Assembly: GCA_031372065.1 (NCBI GenBank)
Contig: JANMKN010000375.1
Location: 1 to 30,482 of the forward strand
Length of the DNA stretch: 30,482 nt
DNA from: Abditibacteriaceae bacterium
GTDB lineage: Bacteria > Armatimonadota > Abditibacteriia > Abditibacteriales > Abditibacteriaceae
Direction of reading: 5' to 3'
How positions within the stretch are numbered: the first letter of the stretch is position 1; every line of letters begins with the position of its first letter. The notes beneath the pieces are model-generated. The model worked only from the letters and a program-made list of their open reading frames with translations. It was not told the DNA's origin and made no database searches. The position numbers were made by a program, and so were the translations under genes. Below, in pieces: positions 1 to 8,750 of the stretch.

Positions 1-21
1 GCGTGAAAGACAAATTGACCG

Positions 22-80
22 CAGAAAACACAAAGGGCACAGAGATTTTTGAATTTTCTCTGTGCCCTTTGTGTTTTCTG
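22..80. repeat. Perfect 24-bp inverted repeat built from ~9-bp units; probable terminator of the 94..855 gene
   Basis: CAGAAAACACAAAGGGCACAGAGA (22-45) and its exact reverse complement (57-80), just past the stop of the minus-strand gene. Confidence 0.85.
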
Positions 81-93
81 TAGTTCAATTGAA

Positions 94-855
94 TCAATGC
101 ACTAAGGCTTTGATGCGGTCGCGTAGATTAGCGGCGTGTTCGTAGTCTTCGCGTTCAACGGCGCTACGCAGTTCTTGGCGCAATTGTTCTTCCTCAGTTA
201 AAGGGCGCTTGCTGATAATGCGCTCCTTCCACTCTTCGAGAAATTGAATTTCGCGGCATGAATCAAGCAATTCTTCGCGCCCGATGGAACGCAAAAAGTC
301 GCTGATTTGTTCCACGCCCATATCAATTAATTCCAAAGCGCGATCAAAATCTTGCCTGTCCAGCGCGATGCAGGCGCGGGCGCGCGCGTTCATCATCAAA
401 ACGTAGGGCCGAAATTGCTCCAGCGAAGTGCGATCACTTTCTTCTTCGGCCCAACTGCGCACAAAATCGAAAAGCTGCGAATTGTGATTTGTATCGCGAA
501 TGACTTCGTAATAATCGCCGAGATGGAACATCGAAAGATAACGATAGTAAAACTGCATCGCTTCGCGGCGCAGTTCCTCGCATTCATCTTCGCTCAAGAC
601 GAAATCAGCGTCATCGCCACCGGTGCGGCCCTGATGGCGGCGCAATTGTTCCTGATGATAATCGAGCAGAGTCTCATAGCCGTGAGGTTGCTTGCCGTCG
701 GGGCGGCCTTTTAATTCCATTTGCAGCACGCCCAAATCCAGACGCATCTGCACCAATTCGCGCCCATCGTCTTCGGCGCGCACTTTCCGAACCGTCACCT
801 CATTGGGCTGAGAATCCCAGTCGCGTAGAATCTCAGAATTTAAATCCTTGCTCAT
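94..855 (-). CDS. Hypothetical protein with a C-terminal UvrB/UvrC (UVR) motif
   Basis: ORF 94..873; ATG at 855 follows a GAGG SD-like sequence; C-terminus LRQELRSAVEREDYEHAANLRDRIK matches the UVR coiled-coil motif. Confidence 0.8.
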   Translation of the reverse strand: MSKDLNSEILRDWDSQPNEVTVRKVRAEDDGRELVQMRLDLGVLQMELKGRPDGKQPHGYETLLDYHQEQLRRHQGRTGGDDADFVLSEDECEELRREAMQFYYRYLSMFHLGDYYEVIRDTNHNSQLFDFVRSWAEEESDRTSLEQFRPYVLMMNARARACIALDRQDFDRALELIDMGVEQISDFLRSIGREELLDSCREIQFLEEWKERIISKRPLTEEEQLRQELRSAVEREDYEHAANLRDRIKALVH

Positions 856-1200
856 GGTCTCAACCTCTTTCACAAAAGTTGCGGCTCTTTATACAACAAA
901 ATCACCGCTTCGCTTGTAGAAATAAAATGCATCAACAGGCTTGCGCTTACTACGGCAGTTCCGGTTGCTGACTTGTTGGGGTTGACCACTCGTTTTTAAC
1001 GCTTTACACGCAAAAATAACACCAAAATCGCGGTTTAAAGCATTACGGTTTGTCTTAGGTCAACATCACAACAAGATCAGACAACGCCGTTGGAAACAGC
1101 CTGTCGAGCCAATCTGATGACGTGTGGTTGCAAAGACGGTGCCCCACTGTTTTTGTTCCCATCCAGTGAAGGCGTTTTTTACAGTAAGAGTGAGGAAAAG

Positions 1201-2292
1201 TCAGCGACGGTTCGCTTCGGCAATCGTAGCGCCGGATTCGCCGGGTCGTATGCCATTATCGGGACGGTTTAAAAGCGGCTGCGAGATAGAAGGCGTTTCG
1301 TAAAGCGGCGCCGCCAAAGCAGCAACCTCAGGCGCATTCATTTTACCGGCAACAAACCATTCGTAGCGTAAAAGCGGCGCTTCTTGCGAGTCCTGCGGCA
1401 CGCGCGGCCAATGCAACGCCAGACAATTGGTGCCGCGCTGCAAAACACGACCTAAATCTACCAACATCGAACCGTGGCGATTCGATAAAAGCGGCGCGCC
1501 ATTAACAAAAAGTGTGACATTGCACGGCGTTTCGATGAGCAATTGCGCGCCCGCAGGCACTTCGCGCAAATTGAGCGGCCAGCGCATCCAAACCGGCGAT
1601 TCTTTGTCATTTTTCGGCCCCGCGACAGCAATGCCGGGGCGCCGCGCCGTATCCAGTTTCAAAGCCGCGTTTTGCCAATCAGCATTTTTCAGATTATCGC
1701 TGCGCGGCGCATTCCAGCCAATCGAAAGCGGTGAGCCGTTAATTAACGATTCTGCCGTGACGTGTTTGCTCAAGGGACTACCCGATACCGCGAGGGCATT
1801 TGTCCAACCGGCAGGCGGAGCGCCTTTGCCTTTCCATAAACTCCACGAAACCGGCAAATTGGGATTATTCTCTACCGAACCAGCGGCGCGATTGCTGAAA
1901 ACGAACAAATTCATACCATCGCGGCGCATAGCGAAGCCCATATCTTGGAAAAGCGGCTCAATTGTCGCTAAAAGCGGCGCGTCTTGCGCGTTGACGGAAA
2001 TCAAAGCATCCGGCAAAGTGCCGCAGCGAAAACGCACGGAGGTTGCGGTTTCCAAAAGCGCCATAACATCGGAAAGCGGCTCTTGGCGCAGCGACAAAGT
2101 AAAACGCGATTGCTCTTCCAACTGCCCGGCGATTTTCTCCTCTAATTGCGCATTGCGTCCGCTTTCGCGCTCTCCCGCCACTTTTTGTGCGCTGGCGCCG
2201 GTCACATCATCGGCGCCCGCGACTTTCATTGGCCCCACTAAAGCGCCAAGAACAGCGACTAAACACAAATTCTGCCGGAAATTTTTCGTCAT
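1201..2292 (-). CDS. Secreted hypothetical protein; possible STN/secretin-N-like domain plus a C-terminal jelly-roll sugar-binding-like domain
   Basis: ORF 1201..2361; ATG at 2292 with AGGA upstream; hydrophobic N-terminus; motifs TLSLRQEPLSDVMALL and LFVNG..L..VL..G.N.LAL. Confidence 0.55.
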   Translation of the reverse strand: MTKNFRQNLCLVAVLGALVGPMKVAGADDVTGASAQKVAGERESGRNAQLEEKIAGQLEEQSRFTLSLRQEPLSDVMALLETATSVRFRCGTLPDALISVNAQDAPLLATIEPLFQDMGFAMRRDGMNLFVFSNRAAGSVENNPNLPVSWSLWKGKGAPPAGWTNALAVSGSPLSKHVTAESLINGSPLSIGWNAPRSDNLKNADWQNAALKLDTARRPGIAVAGPKNDKESPVWMRWPLNLREVPAGAQLLIETPCNVTLFVNGAPLLSNRHGSMLVDLGRVLQRGTNCLALHWPRVPQDSQEAPLLRYEWFVAGKMNAPEVAALAAPLYETPSISQPLLNRPDNGIRPGESGATIAEANRR

Positions 2293-2381
2293 TGAGATTC
2301 CTAAAGAGTTCTGCTCAAACGTAAGACAAGGCCGTATCATAAACGGTGCTTGCCTTCCCATTATAACTGATGCCCCAGGCC

Positions 2382-2770
2382 CAGGGCAATCGCATGAGAA
2401 ATAAGGCAGGAAAAAGGTTCATGAAACTGGGTTCGTGCTAATTTTCGAGATATTCGAGCGTGTTCCCGACCCATGCCGCGCCAATCATGCCTTTAATCAT
2501 CGCTTCAGGTTTTGTGGACTTCGAGGACTACGGTTTGGCCAAGGAAAAATGGCTGCGTGAGCGTTTAGGATTAGAATTGCCAGGTTCGTCGCGATCATGC
2601 ACCGCAAAATCTTGCTACTGCGCAAATTGACGCTCAATCTGCTGCGTCAAGACACCTAAACCAAATGTGGAATCAAAGGCCGCCGAAAAATGTCGGGCTG
2701 GAACGAGGATTATATGAGGATTATATGCTTCGCATCTTGGCTGGCCCCTAATGCTCATGCGATTGCCCTG
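2382..2770 (+). mobile_element. Internally deleted, non-autonomous ISAs1-family element (transposase pseudogene remnant)
   Basis: Perfect 17-bp TIRs CAGGGCAATCGCATGAG (2382-2398) and CTCATGCGATTGCCCTG (2754-2770). Frameshifted fragments FERVPDP, GFVDFEDYGLAKEKWLRERLGLELP, HAPQNLA and LRKLTLNLLRQDT*TKCGIKGRRKMSGWNEDYM resemble ISAs1 transposase N- and C-termini; the DDE core is missing. Confidence 0.88.
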
Positions 2771-2858
2771 CGTTGTGGGGCAGGAAACCCCACCTCCCCA
2801 AAGGGTGCCCGCCCTTCTTAAGGGGTCGGGGATTTTACGCCACAGGCCAAACAAACAA

Positions 2859-2891
2859 AAAGCGCGGCGAGATTTAATCTCGCCGCGCTTT
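2859..2891 (-). terminator. Intrinsic terminator of the DUF1080 gene
   Basis: AAAGCGCGGCGAGATT-T-AATCTCGCCGCGCTTT perfect inverted repeat with a U-rich tail on the minus strand, about 20 bp after the stop. Confidence 0.8.
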
Positions 2892-2911
2892 GTCGCGCAA
2901 ACTCTCAGGGC

Positions 2912-4237
2912 TTACGGCAGCTTTTTGATTTCCACATCGCGAAAGGCTACGGGGTCGTTGTGGCCCGCGAAGCCGAAAAAGCCGTTAGTGCGCCCTCGTC
3001 CGGGATGATCTTTGCCGCCTAAAAACGTCGTGGGGTCAAGTTTCGCTAAATCGGTGTCGAGAATGACTGTTCCGTTCAGTTCCACTTTGATGCTTGAGCC
3101 TTTGACGGTCACTTCTTCAAAGTTCCACTCGTCATTCGGGTGCTGATAGCCGCGAAAAGCGCCGACCATGCCATAGGCCGAGCCGTGAACTTGTTTCGGA
3201 TCAATGGCACCGCGCACTTTGTCGTAATTGTCATCGAGAACCTGCAACTCCGTCATGCCATTATAGGCGGTATCGCCGGTTCCGGGATAACGAATGGCAA
3301 GGCCATTGTTGCCGCCAGCGGGCACGTTGAATTCAAAGCGCGCGGAAAAGTCCGTTAAGTCCTGATTCCAGTAAATCGTGCCGCCCTTTTCGGGTTTGCA
3401 GACAATGGCGCCGTCTTTGATTTCGTAATTATCAATCGGCCCGGCCCAGCCGTCGAAATTGGTGCCGTTGAAAATCGGCGCGAAGCCTTCGCTGGTGTGC
3501 GATTTTAAAATGGTATTGGCTTCATCGGAGCCAATTTCGCGGATGAAGATGTTGCGCCAGCGAATCGGCGCGCCGTGCGTTTGCAATCCCACCGGGCCAC
3601 GCGCCGGAATCGGCGTTTTGCGGTCGTAATAATTTTCCAGAATGGCGTTGTCAACCGTGAGTTTGTCGTTAAGCCAGACCGAAACGCGCGAACCGGTCAT
3701 CAGAATGCGCAAATGATTCCATTGTCCGGGCGTTTTGTCGGCCAAAACCAGCGGGTCTTTGCCGGGCGCGCCGGGCGAGTTGTTCCACAAGGCGCCGCTG
3801 CCTTTGGCGATGCCGCGCGCGTCTTTAGGGTCGGCGGCTAAGGCATCCCATATCTGCACTTGCGGCACGCTGCGCAGATAAATACCCGAATCGCCGCCTG
3901 GCGCGGTGTTAAAGTCCACCTGCATCTCAAAGTCGCCGTATTCTTTTTCAGTTGTGGCATAGGCGCCTTGCCCATCGTTGAGCAGTTCGCCGTTTTCCGC
4001 CTTCCAGTGCGCTTTGAGGCTGTCGTTCCACGTTTTGAGTTGCGCCGTGCGCTCGGCTTCGGGCAAATTCATCAGCCAGCGATGATCTTTGGTTTCGCCG
4101 CCGCGCCAGCCCATTAAATCGGTGCCATTAAAAAGCGCCGTAAAGCCCGCAGGCGGCAGGTTGTTTTGTCCGGTTTGGGCGAAGGCGGGCAGGCTGAAAC
4201 ACAAGGCCAGCCCAGTGAAAAGTGAGGTCAATTTCAT
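2912..4237 (-). CDS. Secreted tandem DUF1080 (3-keto-disaccharide hydrolase-like) protein
   Basis: Signal peptide ending PAFA; two repeats of LFNG..L.GW ... SG/NNG.Y/A.R ... WN ... V.LN ... Q.H/GH..RWRNI/FRDV. Confidence 0.9.
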   Translation of the reverse strand: MKLTSLFTGLALCFSLPAFAQTGQNNLPPAGFTALFNGTDLMGWRGGETKDHRWLMNLPEAERTAQLKTWNDSLKAHWKAENGELLNDGQGAYATTEKEYGDFEMQVDFNTAPGGDSGIYLRSVPQVQIWDALAADPKDARGIAKGSGALWNNSPGAPGKDPLVLADKTPGQWNHLRILMTGSRVSVWLNDKLTVDNAILENYYDRKTPIPARGPVGLQTHGAPIRWRNIFIREIGSDEANTILKSHTSEGFAPIFNGTNFDGWAGPIDNYEIKDGAIVCKPEKGGTIYWNQDLTDFSARFEFNVPAGGNNGLAIRYPGTGDTAYNGMTELQVLDDNYDKVRGAIDPKQVHGSAYGMVGAFRGYQHPNDEWNFEEVTVKGSSIKVELNGTVILDTDLAKLDPTTFLGGKDHPGRGRTNGFFGFAGHNDPVAFRDVEIKKLP

Positions 4238-4336
4238 GGTGGTTGTTAGAACAAATGAAGCCCGTCAAGTCGCGCAAAAGCGCAAATTAGATTATATTCT
4301 TTGGGACATTCCTTTTGCGAGGTTGCTTAAAAAACT

Positions 4337-5308
4337 ATGAAAATCGCCATTTTGGGCGCGGGCGGGCTGGGCAAAGCCGCCGCGCAAATTATCGAACAGA
4401 AATCTGACATGACTTTGGTCGCCGTGGCCGATGCAGGCGGCTTTGTTTTCAACGCGCAGGGCATTTCGGCCAGCGAAATCACCCGCGTCAAAGCGGGCGG
4501 CAGCGTTGCCAACATTGAAGGCGGCGTGGCAACACACGATTCCATCGGCGAAATCATCAAGCGCGGCCACGAATTCGACGGCGTGTTTCTGGCGCTGCCC
4601 AATTTGCCGAACGATTTCATTACCGGCGTGACGCAGCGCTTTCTCGAAGGCGGCTTTCGCGGCTGCTTTGTGGACGCCTTAAAGCGCACGCGCGCCATGG
4701 AAATGATGTTTGAACTGGACAGCGCCGTCAAAGACGCGGGTTGCGTATATTTAACCGGCTGCGGCGCCACGCCCGGCCTTTTAACCGCTGCCGCCAACTT
4801 AGCCGCGCAATCTTTTATCGAAGTCGAAGGCGTGGACATTTGGTGGGGCGTCGGCATTCCGTGTTGGGAAGAATATAAGGCGACGATTCGCGAAGACATC
4901 GCGCATTTGCCCGGTTGGGACGTGGAAAAAGCCAAAGCGCTTTCCGATGCAGAAGTCGAAGCGCTGCTCAATTTGTCGCACGGCAAACTCACGCTGCGCG
5001 AAATGGAACACGCCGATGACATTATGCTGGAGCGCGCCGGTGTTTGTTCGCGCAAGCAAGTGACCGTCGGCGGTGTGATGGATACGCGCTCGGCCACTAA
5101 ACCCAACCCGACAGTGATGACGCTGACCGGCATTACTTTCGAAGGCAAGCGCAGTTCGCATCGCTTTATTTTGGGCGATGAAACTTCGATGGCGGCCAAT
5201 GTTTGCGGCCCGGCCTTAGGTTATTTAAAGCGCGCTTTCTGGCTTAAAGAGCGCGGCGTCTGCGGCGTTTTCGGCTCGGCGGAAATGATGCCGATGGTGG
5301 TAAATTAG
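4337..5308 (+). CDS. bioU: BioU, biotin-pathway enzyme that replaces BioA
   Basis: Rossmann GAGGLG; motifs LALPNLPN, VDALKRT, TGCGATPGLLTAAA, Y.ATIREDIAH.PG, MEHADD.MLE.AG and GDETSMAANVCGPA.GYLK match cyanobacterial BioU as recalled. Confidence 0.85.
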   Translation: MKIAILGAGGLGKAAAQIIEQKSDMTLVAVADAGGFVFNAQGISASEITRVKAGGSVANIEGGVATHDSIGEIIKRGHEFDGVFLALPNLPNDFITGVTQRFLEGGFRGCFVDALKRTRAMEMMFELDSAVKDAGCVYLTGCGATPGLLTAAANLAAQSFIEVEGVDIWWGVGIPCWEEYKATIREDIAHLPGWDVEKAKALSDAEVEALLNLSHGKLTLREMEHADDIMLERAGVCSRKQVTVGGVMDTRSATKPNPTVMTLTGITFEGKRSSHRFILGDETSMAANVCGPALGYLKRAFWLKERGVCGVFGSAEMMPMVVN

Positions 5309-5428
5309 ACGGCAGGAAGCAAGCGGCGGGAGGCAGTATTTATAGACTGTAACAGTAGAAAGCAAAATGGATAGCCAGCAAAGAGAAGACCGTCCGTCTC
5401 CTGCCTCCTGCCTCCTGCCTACTCTCTC
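5307..5428. repeat. Inverted heptamer-unit element (GGCAGGA-like left arm, CTGCCTC right arm)
   Basis: AGACGGCAGGAAGCAAGCGGCGGGAGGCAG ... CCGTCTCCTGCCTCCTGCCTCCTGCCTA at the bioU/kinase junction. Confidence 0.7.
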
Positions 5429-6185
5429 CCGAAAAGACCTTCCGCTTCTAAACCTCACGCCGCTGCACGTTGCGCGCAATTGGAGCAAAGCGGATGTGCA
5501 TTTGGGCGAATATAACGGGAAACAGGTTGTTGTCAAAGACTTGAAGCCGTGCGCTTTGTGGTTTCGCTGGGTCTTTGGGCGCCACGCCATGAAGCGCGAG
5601 TGGCGCGCACTGGAAACGCTGCGCGGTTTAAACGGCGTCCCGGCGCCCGTTGCTTTGGTAGATGCCGATTGCTGTGTGATGGAGTTTTGCGGTGGCACGC
5701 CGATTAAAAATCTGGCGCGCGGCAGCATCCAAGAAAGCACGTTGGGGCAGTTGGAATCGCTGTTATCCGAAATCCATCAGCGCGGTGTAACGCACGGCGA
5801 CTTGCACGGCGGTAATATTTTAGTGGACAATGCGGGCGAGGTTTCGCTGATTGATTGGGCCACGGCTTCGGTTTTTGGCCCGCATCCGCAAGGCCCGAAA
5901 GCCGTTTCATTTGCTAACTGGTGTGCTTTAGATAAGCGCGCCTTTTTGAAAGTGAAACTCTCGCACACGCCGCAAAGCATCACGCCGCGCGAACGCGAGA
6001 TTTTATTAAACGGCCCCTCGGCGCTTTATCGCTTTGTCAAAAACCTGCGCTATGGCCTGCAAAAACTGCGCGGCAAAAACCCATCGCGAGAGTGGATGTA
6101 TGTCAGCGCCGAAATACGCGGAATGCTGGAACAATCGGTGGGCAGCGAGAAAAGCCACACCCCAAACGAAACCACTGACCACTGA
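5367..6185 (+). CDS. Protein-kinase-like phosphotransferase (RIO1/Kdo-WaaP-like family)
   Basis: VVVK lysine, REW..L, catalytic loop HGDLHGGNILV, LIDW; true start uncertain. Confidence 0.8.
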   Translation: MDSQQREDRPSPASCLLPTLSRKDLPLLNLTPLHVARNWSKADVHLGEYNGKQVVVKDLKPCALWFRWVFGRHAMKREWRALETLRGLNGVPAPVALVDADCCVMEFCGGTPIKNLARGSIQESTLGQLESLLSEIHQRGVTHGDLHGGNILVDNAGEVSLIDWATASVFGPHPQGPKAVSFANWCALDKRAFLKVKLSHTPQSITPREREILLNGPSALYRFVKNLRYGLQKLRGKNPSREWMYVSAEIRGMLEQSVGSEKSHTPNETTDH

Positions 6186-6303
6186 CCACTGACCACTGAC
6201 CACTGACCACTGACCACTGACCACTGACCACTGACCACTGACCACTGACCACTGACCACTGACCACTGACCACTGACCACTGACCACTGACCACTGACCA
6301 CTG
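6171..6303 (+). repeat. Perfect heptanucleotide tandem repeat (ACCACTG)19
   Basis: 133 bp of uninterrupted ACCACTG; supplies the kinase stop codon (TGA 6183-6185). Confidence 0.98.
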
Positions 6304-6318
6304 AATCAAGGAGAACCT

Positions 6319-6990
6319 TTGTCACAAACTGATGCAACGCCGGACAAAACGCCCGAAACGCCCGTTGTTGTCGGCGCGATTAACAAACCGTTTCAGGAAA
6401 AGCTGAAATTGTTTTTCGTCTTCGCCCTTTTGGGCCTCGCGATCTATTTTTCACGGCCTACCGTGCCGTCGCTGATTGTAGGCTTTGTGCTGGTGATGCT
6501 GGGCAACTTTTGGCGCATTTGGGCCGGTGGACACCTAACGCGCAACAAGCGCCTCGCCGTTTCGGGGCCGTATGAATACACGCGCAACCCGTTTTATCTG
6601 GGGCGTTTTTTATATATCATCGGTTTTGCGTGCATGGCGGGCTTGGGTTTTAACCTCGGCAACACCAATAATCTCATTTTGAGCGGCATTTTTCTTGTCG
6701 CAATTGTCGGTTTCTTCGGCGTTTATATGCCGCGCAAAGAACAGCGCGAGGGCGACCGATTGCTGGAAATCTTCGGCGACGAATATGCGACGTATCGCCA
6801 AAATGTGCCGCCGCTTTTTCCGCGTCTTTCGCCATTTCGCACCAATCCGCGCCCGTGGAGCAAAGATTTGTTCCTCGGCAAAGATGAAACCTTCGGCGGC
6901 AACAAAGAACACTGGACAATTCTCATTGTGATCTTAATCGCCGCGTTGTTCTTGATTCGCTATTTAACCCTCCACGGAAACGCATCCTAA
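6319..6990 (+). CDS. Isoprenylcysteine carboxyl methyltransferase/PEMT-family membrane methyltransferase
   Basis: TTG start after AAGGAGA; L.VSGPY.YTRNP.YLG and E...L...FG.EY..Y...VP motifs; several TM helices. Confidence 0.85.
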   Translation: MSQTDATPDKTPETPVVVGAINKPFQEKLKLFFVFALLGLAIYFSRPTVPSLIVGFVLVMLGNFWRIWAGGHLTRNKRLAVSGPYEYTRNPFYLGRFLYIIGFACMAGLGFNLGNTNNLILSGIFLVAIVGFFGVYMPRKEQREGDRLLEIFGDEYATYRQNVPPLFPRLSPFRTNPRPWSKDLFLGKDETFGGNKEHWTILIVILIAALFLIRYLTLHGNAS

Positions 6991-7727
6991 TGAGCCAAAC
7001 AGAAAATAGTTCGGCGTTTGAACGCCCTGTTATCAACGATTACGGCGAACCCGTTTCGGAACTCGTCAAAATCGCCATCGAAGATAACGGCGAACCGCTG
7101 GTTGATATTTTTGAAGTTTGTCCCGCCTTGCGCTGGGCCGTGCAAAGCCCGCGTTGGGAATTCCCGCGTTCGGGCCTCGCGCGCCTGAGCGTGGCGCATA
7201 TGCTCAAACAAGCGCAAGAATCGCTGCCGCACGGCCTGCATTTGGAAATTGTCGGCGCCTTTCGGCCTTTTGAAATTCAAAAGCAAATGTATGAGCGCGC
7301 GCGGGCCGAACTCAAAGAAAAGCATCCCGAATGGGACGAAGACCTGTTGACCGAATATATCAACGTCTTTTCGGCGCCGCCGATTTGGGACACGCCGCCG
7401 CCTCACACCACGGGCGGCGCGGTGGATTTGTTCCTCAGCGATGCCAGTGGTGAGCGCCTTGATATGTTTTCGCCGCTGGAAATGGGCTGGGACAGCGCGC
7501 CGATGTTTGTCGAAGGCATCGGCGAAACCGCCATGAGAAACCGCACGCTCTTGCGCGAAGTTTTGGAAAGCGCCGGACTGACCAATTTTCCCGGCGAATG
7601 GTGGCATTGGACATGGGGCGAACCCGGCTGGGCCTTGCGCTCCGGCCACAAAATCGCCACCTACGGCGCCGTGCCCGAAGACCAAATCCCCGATTGGCAG
7701 CCGCCACAATCGAAAACTTCGGAATAG
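6990..7727 (+). CDS. M15-family D-alanyl-D-alanine dipeptidase (VanX/DdpX-like)
   Basis: AFRP...Q, PPPHTTGGAVDL and EWWHW zinc motifs; TAATG overlap with the upstream gene. Confidence 0.88.
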   Translation: MSQTENSSAFERPVINDYGEPVSELVKIAIEDNGEPLVDIFEVCPALRWAVQSPRWEFPRSGLARLSVAHMLKQAQESLPHGLHLEIVGAFRPFEIQKQMYERARAELKEKHPEWDEDLLTEYINVFSAPPIWDTPPPHTTGGAVDLFLSDASGERLDMFSPLEMGWDSAPMFVEGIGETAMRNRTLLREVLESAGLTNFPGEWWHWTWGEPGWALRSGHKIATYGAVPEDQIPDWQPPQSKTSE

Positions 7728-7822
7728 AAACGCGGAGCGATGCTCTCCACTCAAAGGGCACCCGCAACAACTTTGATTTTCGCGGATTTCTGAAGGCGTT
7801 TTTGTTTTTGCGTTATGCGCTA

Positions 7823-7909
7823 TATTCAGTTTTCAGAGTCCGAGCCAGCAGGCGAAGACAAAAGAAGCCCCGCAATCAAAATTTGATTGCGGGGCTTCTT
7901 GTTTTTAGA
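7823..7909. repeat. Structured direct repeat, copy 1 (24-bp core, small hairpin, long hairpin)
   Basis: TATTCAGTTTTCAGAGTCCGAGCC (7823-7846), then the 19-bp perfect inverted repeat AAGAAGCCCCGCAATCAAA/TTTGATTGCGGGGCTTCTT (7862-7900), then GTTTTTAGA. Confidence 0.9.
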
Positions 7910-7937
7910 ACGCTATACTTTGCTGCGAGGTGTGAAA

Positions 7938-8192
7938 ATGACACAAGTTTATGAAGCGATTTATGAAAACGGCGTGTTTCGCCCGATAGATAAAATTATC
8001 TTGGAAGAAGGGCGGCTCGTTCGCTTAGTAGTCGAAAGCGAAGACGACGAGTTTGCGCGTGAAATGGAAGAAGCTGCGCGCGATGCGCTATTCATGCAAG
8101 ACTTGGAAGAGTGTATGAGCGATTTTGCCGCTGTTGATGCCGAAACCGCGCGGCTGATGGCTCAGGATAAGGAATTCGATGCCGAATCTTGA
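7938..8192 (+). CDS. DUF104 (AF2212-like) putative antitoxin
   Basis: EAIYENGVFRP...I.L.EG..V signature; GAGGTG SD; acidic C-terminal tail; overlaps the downstream toxin gene. Confidence 0.85.
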   Translation: MTQVYEAIYENGVFRPIDKIILEEGRLVRLVVESEDDEFAREMEEAARDALFMQDLEECMSDFAAVDAETARLMAQDKEFDAES

Positions 8193-8622
8193 CCCTGAAC
8201 CCACTGAGGACAACGTATCGGCGGATGAATCTACTCAAACAGCAAAACCGAGTGCCAGAATTGTGACGGCTCCTTGGCAATGGCAACTGGTGCGGGCCGA
8301 ACTTGAACCGGTGCGCGGTAGCGAACAAGCAGGAGTGCGTCCGGTTTTGATTGTTTCAGCAGAAGCAACCAATCGCGTTTTGCCGGTTGTGGCGGTGCTG
8401 CCAGTAACTTCACTCAAACCGGGCCGACGCATCTATTCCACCGAAGCGTTTTTGCCGGCCCAGAGCGCTGGACAGCCACAAGACTCAATTGTCATGGCCC
8501 AACAAATTCGCATTCTCGATAAGTCGCGCTTGATTGGCTCTTATGGCTACCTTTCGGATGAAGATATTCGTAACAAGGTGCGCTCTGCTTTGCGCCGCTA
8601 TTTGGATTTGAAAACTTCATGA
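8179..8622 (+). CDS. mazF: PemK/MazF-family endoribonuclease toxin
   Basis: L.PV.GSEQAG.RPVLIVS...N, V.V.P.TS and DS.....QIR..DK.RL signatures. Confidence 0.9.
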   Translation: MPNLDPEPTEDNVSADESTQTAKPSARIVTAPWQWQLVRAELEPVRGSEQAGVRPVLIVSAEATNRVLPVVAVLPVTSLKPGRRIYSTEAFLPAQSAGQPQDSIVMAQQIRILDKSRLIGSYGYLSDEDIRNKVRSALRRYLDLKTS

Positions 8623-8649
8623 ACATTCTTCGGAATTCTCCACAATCAC

Positions 8650-8750
8650 TATTCAGTTTTCAGAGTCCGAGCCGATAAAGGCGTAAGCCACAGGCAACGA
8701 CAAATAAGCCCCGAAATCAATTTTTGATTTCGGGGCTTGTTGTTTTTAGA
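8650..8750. repeat. Structured direct repeat, copy 2
   Basis: Identical 24-bp core (8650-8673), then the inverted repeat AAGCCCCGAAATCAA/TTGATTTCGGGGCTT (8706-8738), then GTTGTTTTTAGA. Confidence 0.9.

Noticed and set aside
1090..1130. Hammerhead-like core words GAAAC...GTC...CTGATGA in type II order
   Set aside because: Stem I cannot form from GAGCCAAT and stem II pairing is poor, with a reversed 10.1-11.1 pair; probably chance. An Rfam scan would settle it.
1427..2404. Long antisense ORFs (also 4327..5199, 6987..7754, 12485..13342, 27535..28299)
   Set aside because: Shadows of real genes on the opposite strand in GC-rich DNA, with no recognisable motifs.
6006..6337. Minus-strand ORFs with SVVSGQW repeats
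   Set aside because: Artefact of the stop-free reverse strand of (ACCACTG)n; they overlap real plus-strand genes.
6990..7727. Vancomycin-resistance locus
   Set aside because: Stand-alone M15 dipeptidase with no vanH, vanA or vanRS nearby.
7823..8750. Integron attC sites
   Set aside because: No RYYYAAC/GTTRRRY ends, no attC-type extrahelical bases, and no integrase in the window.
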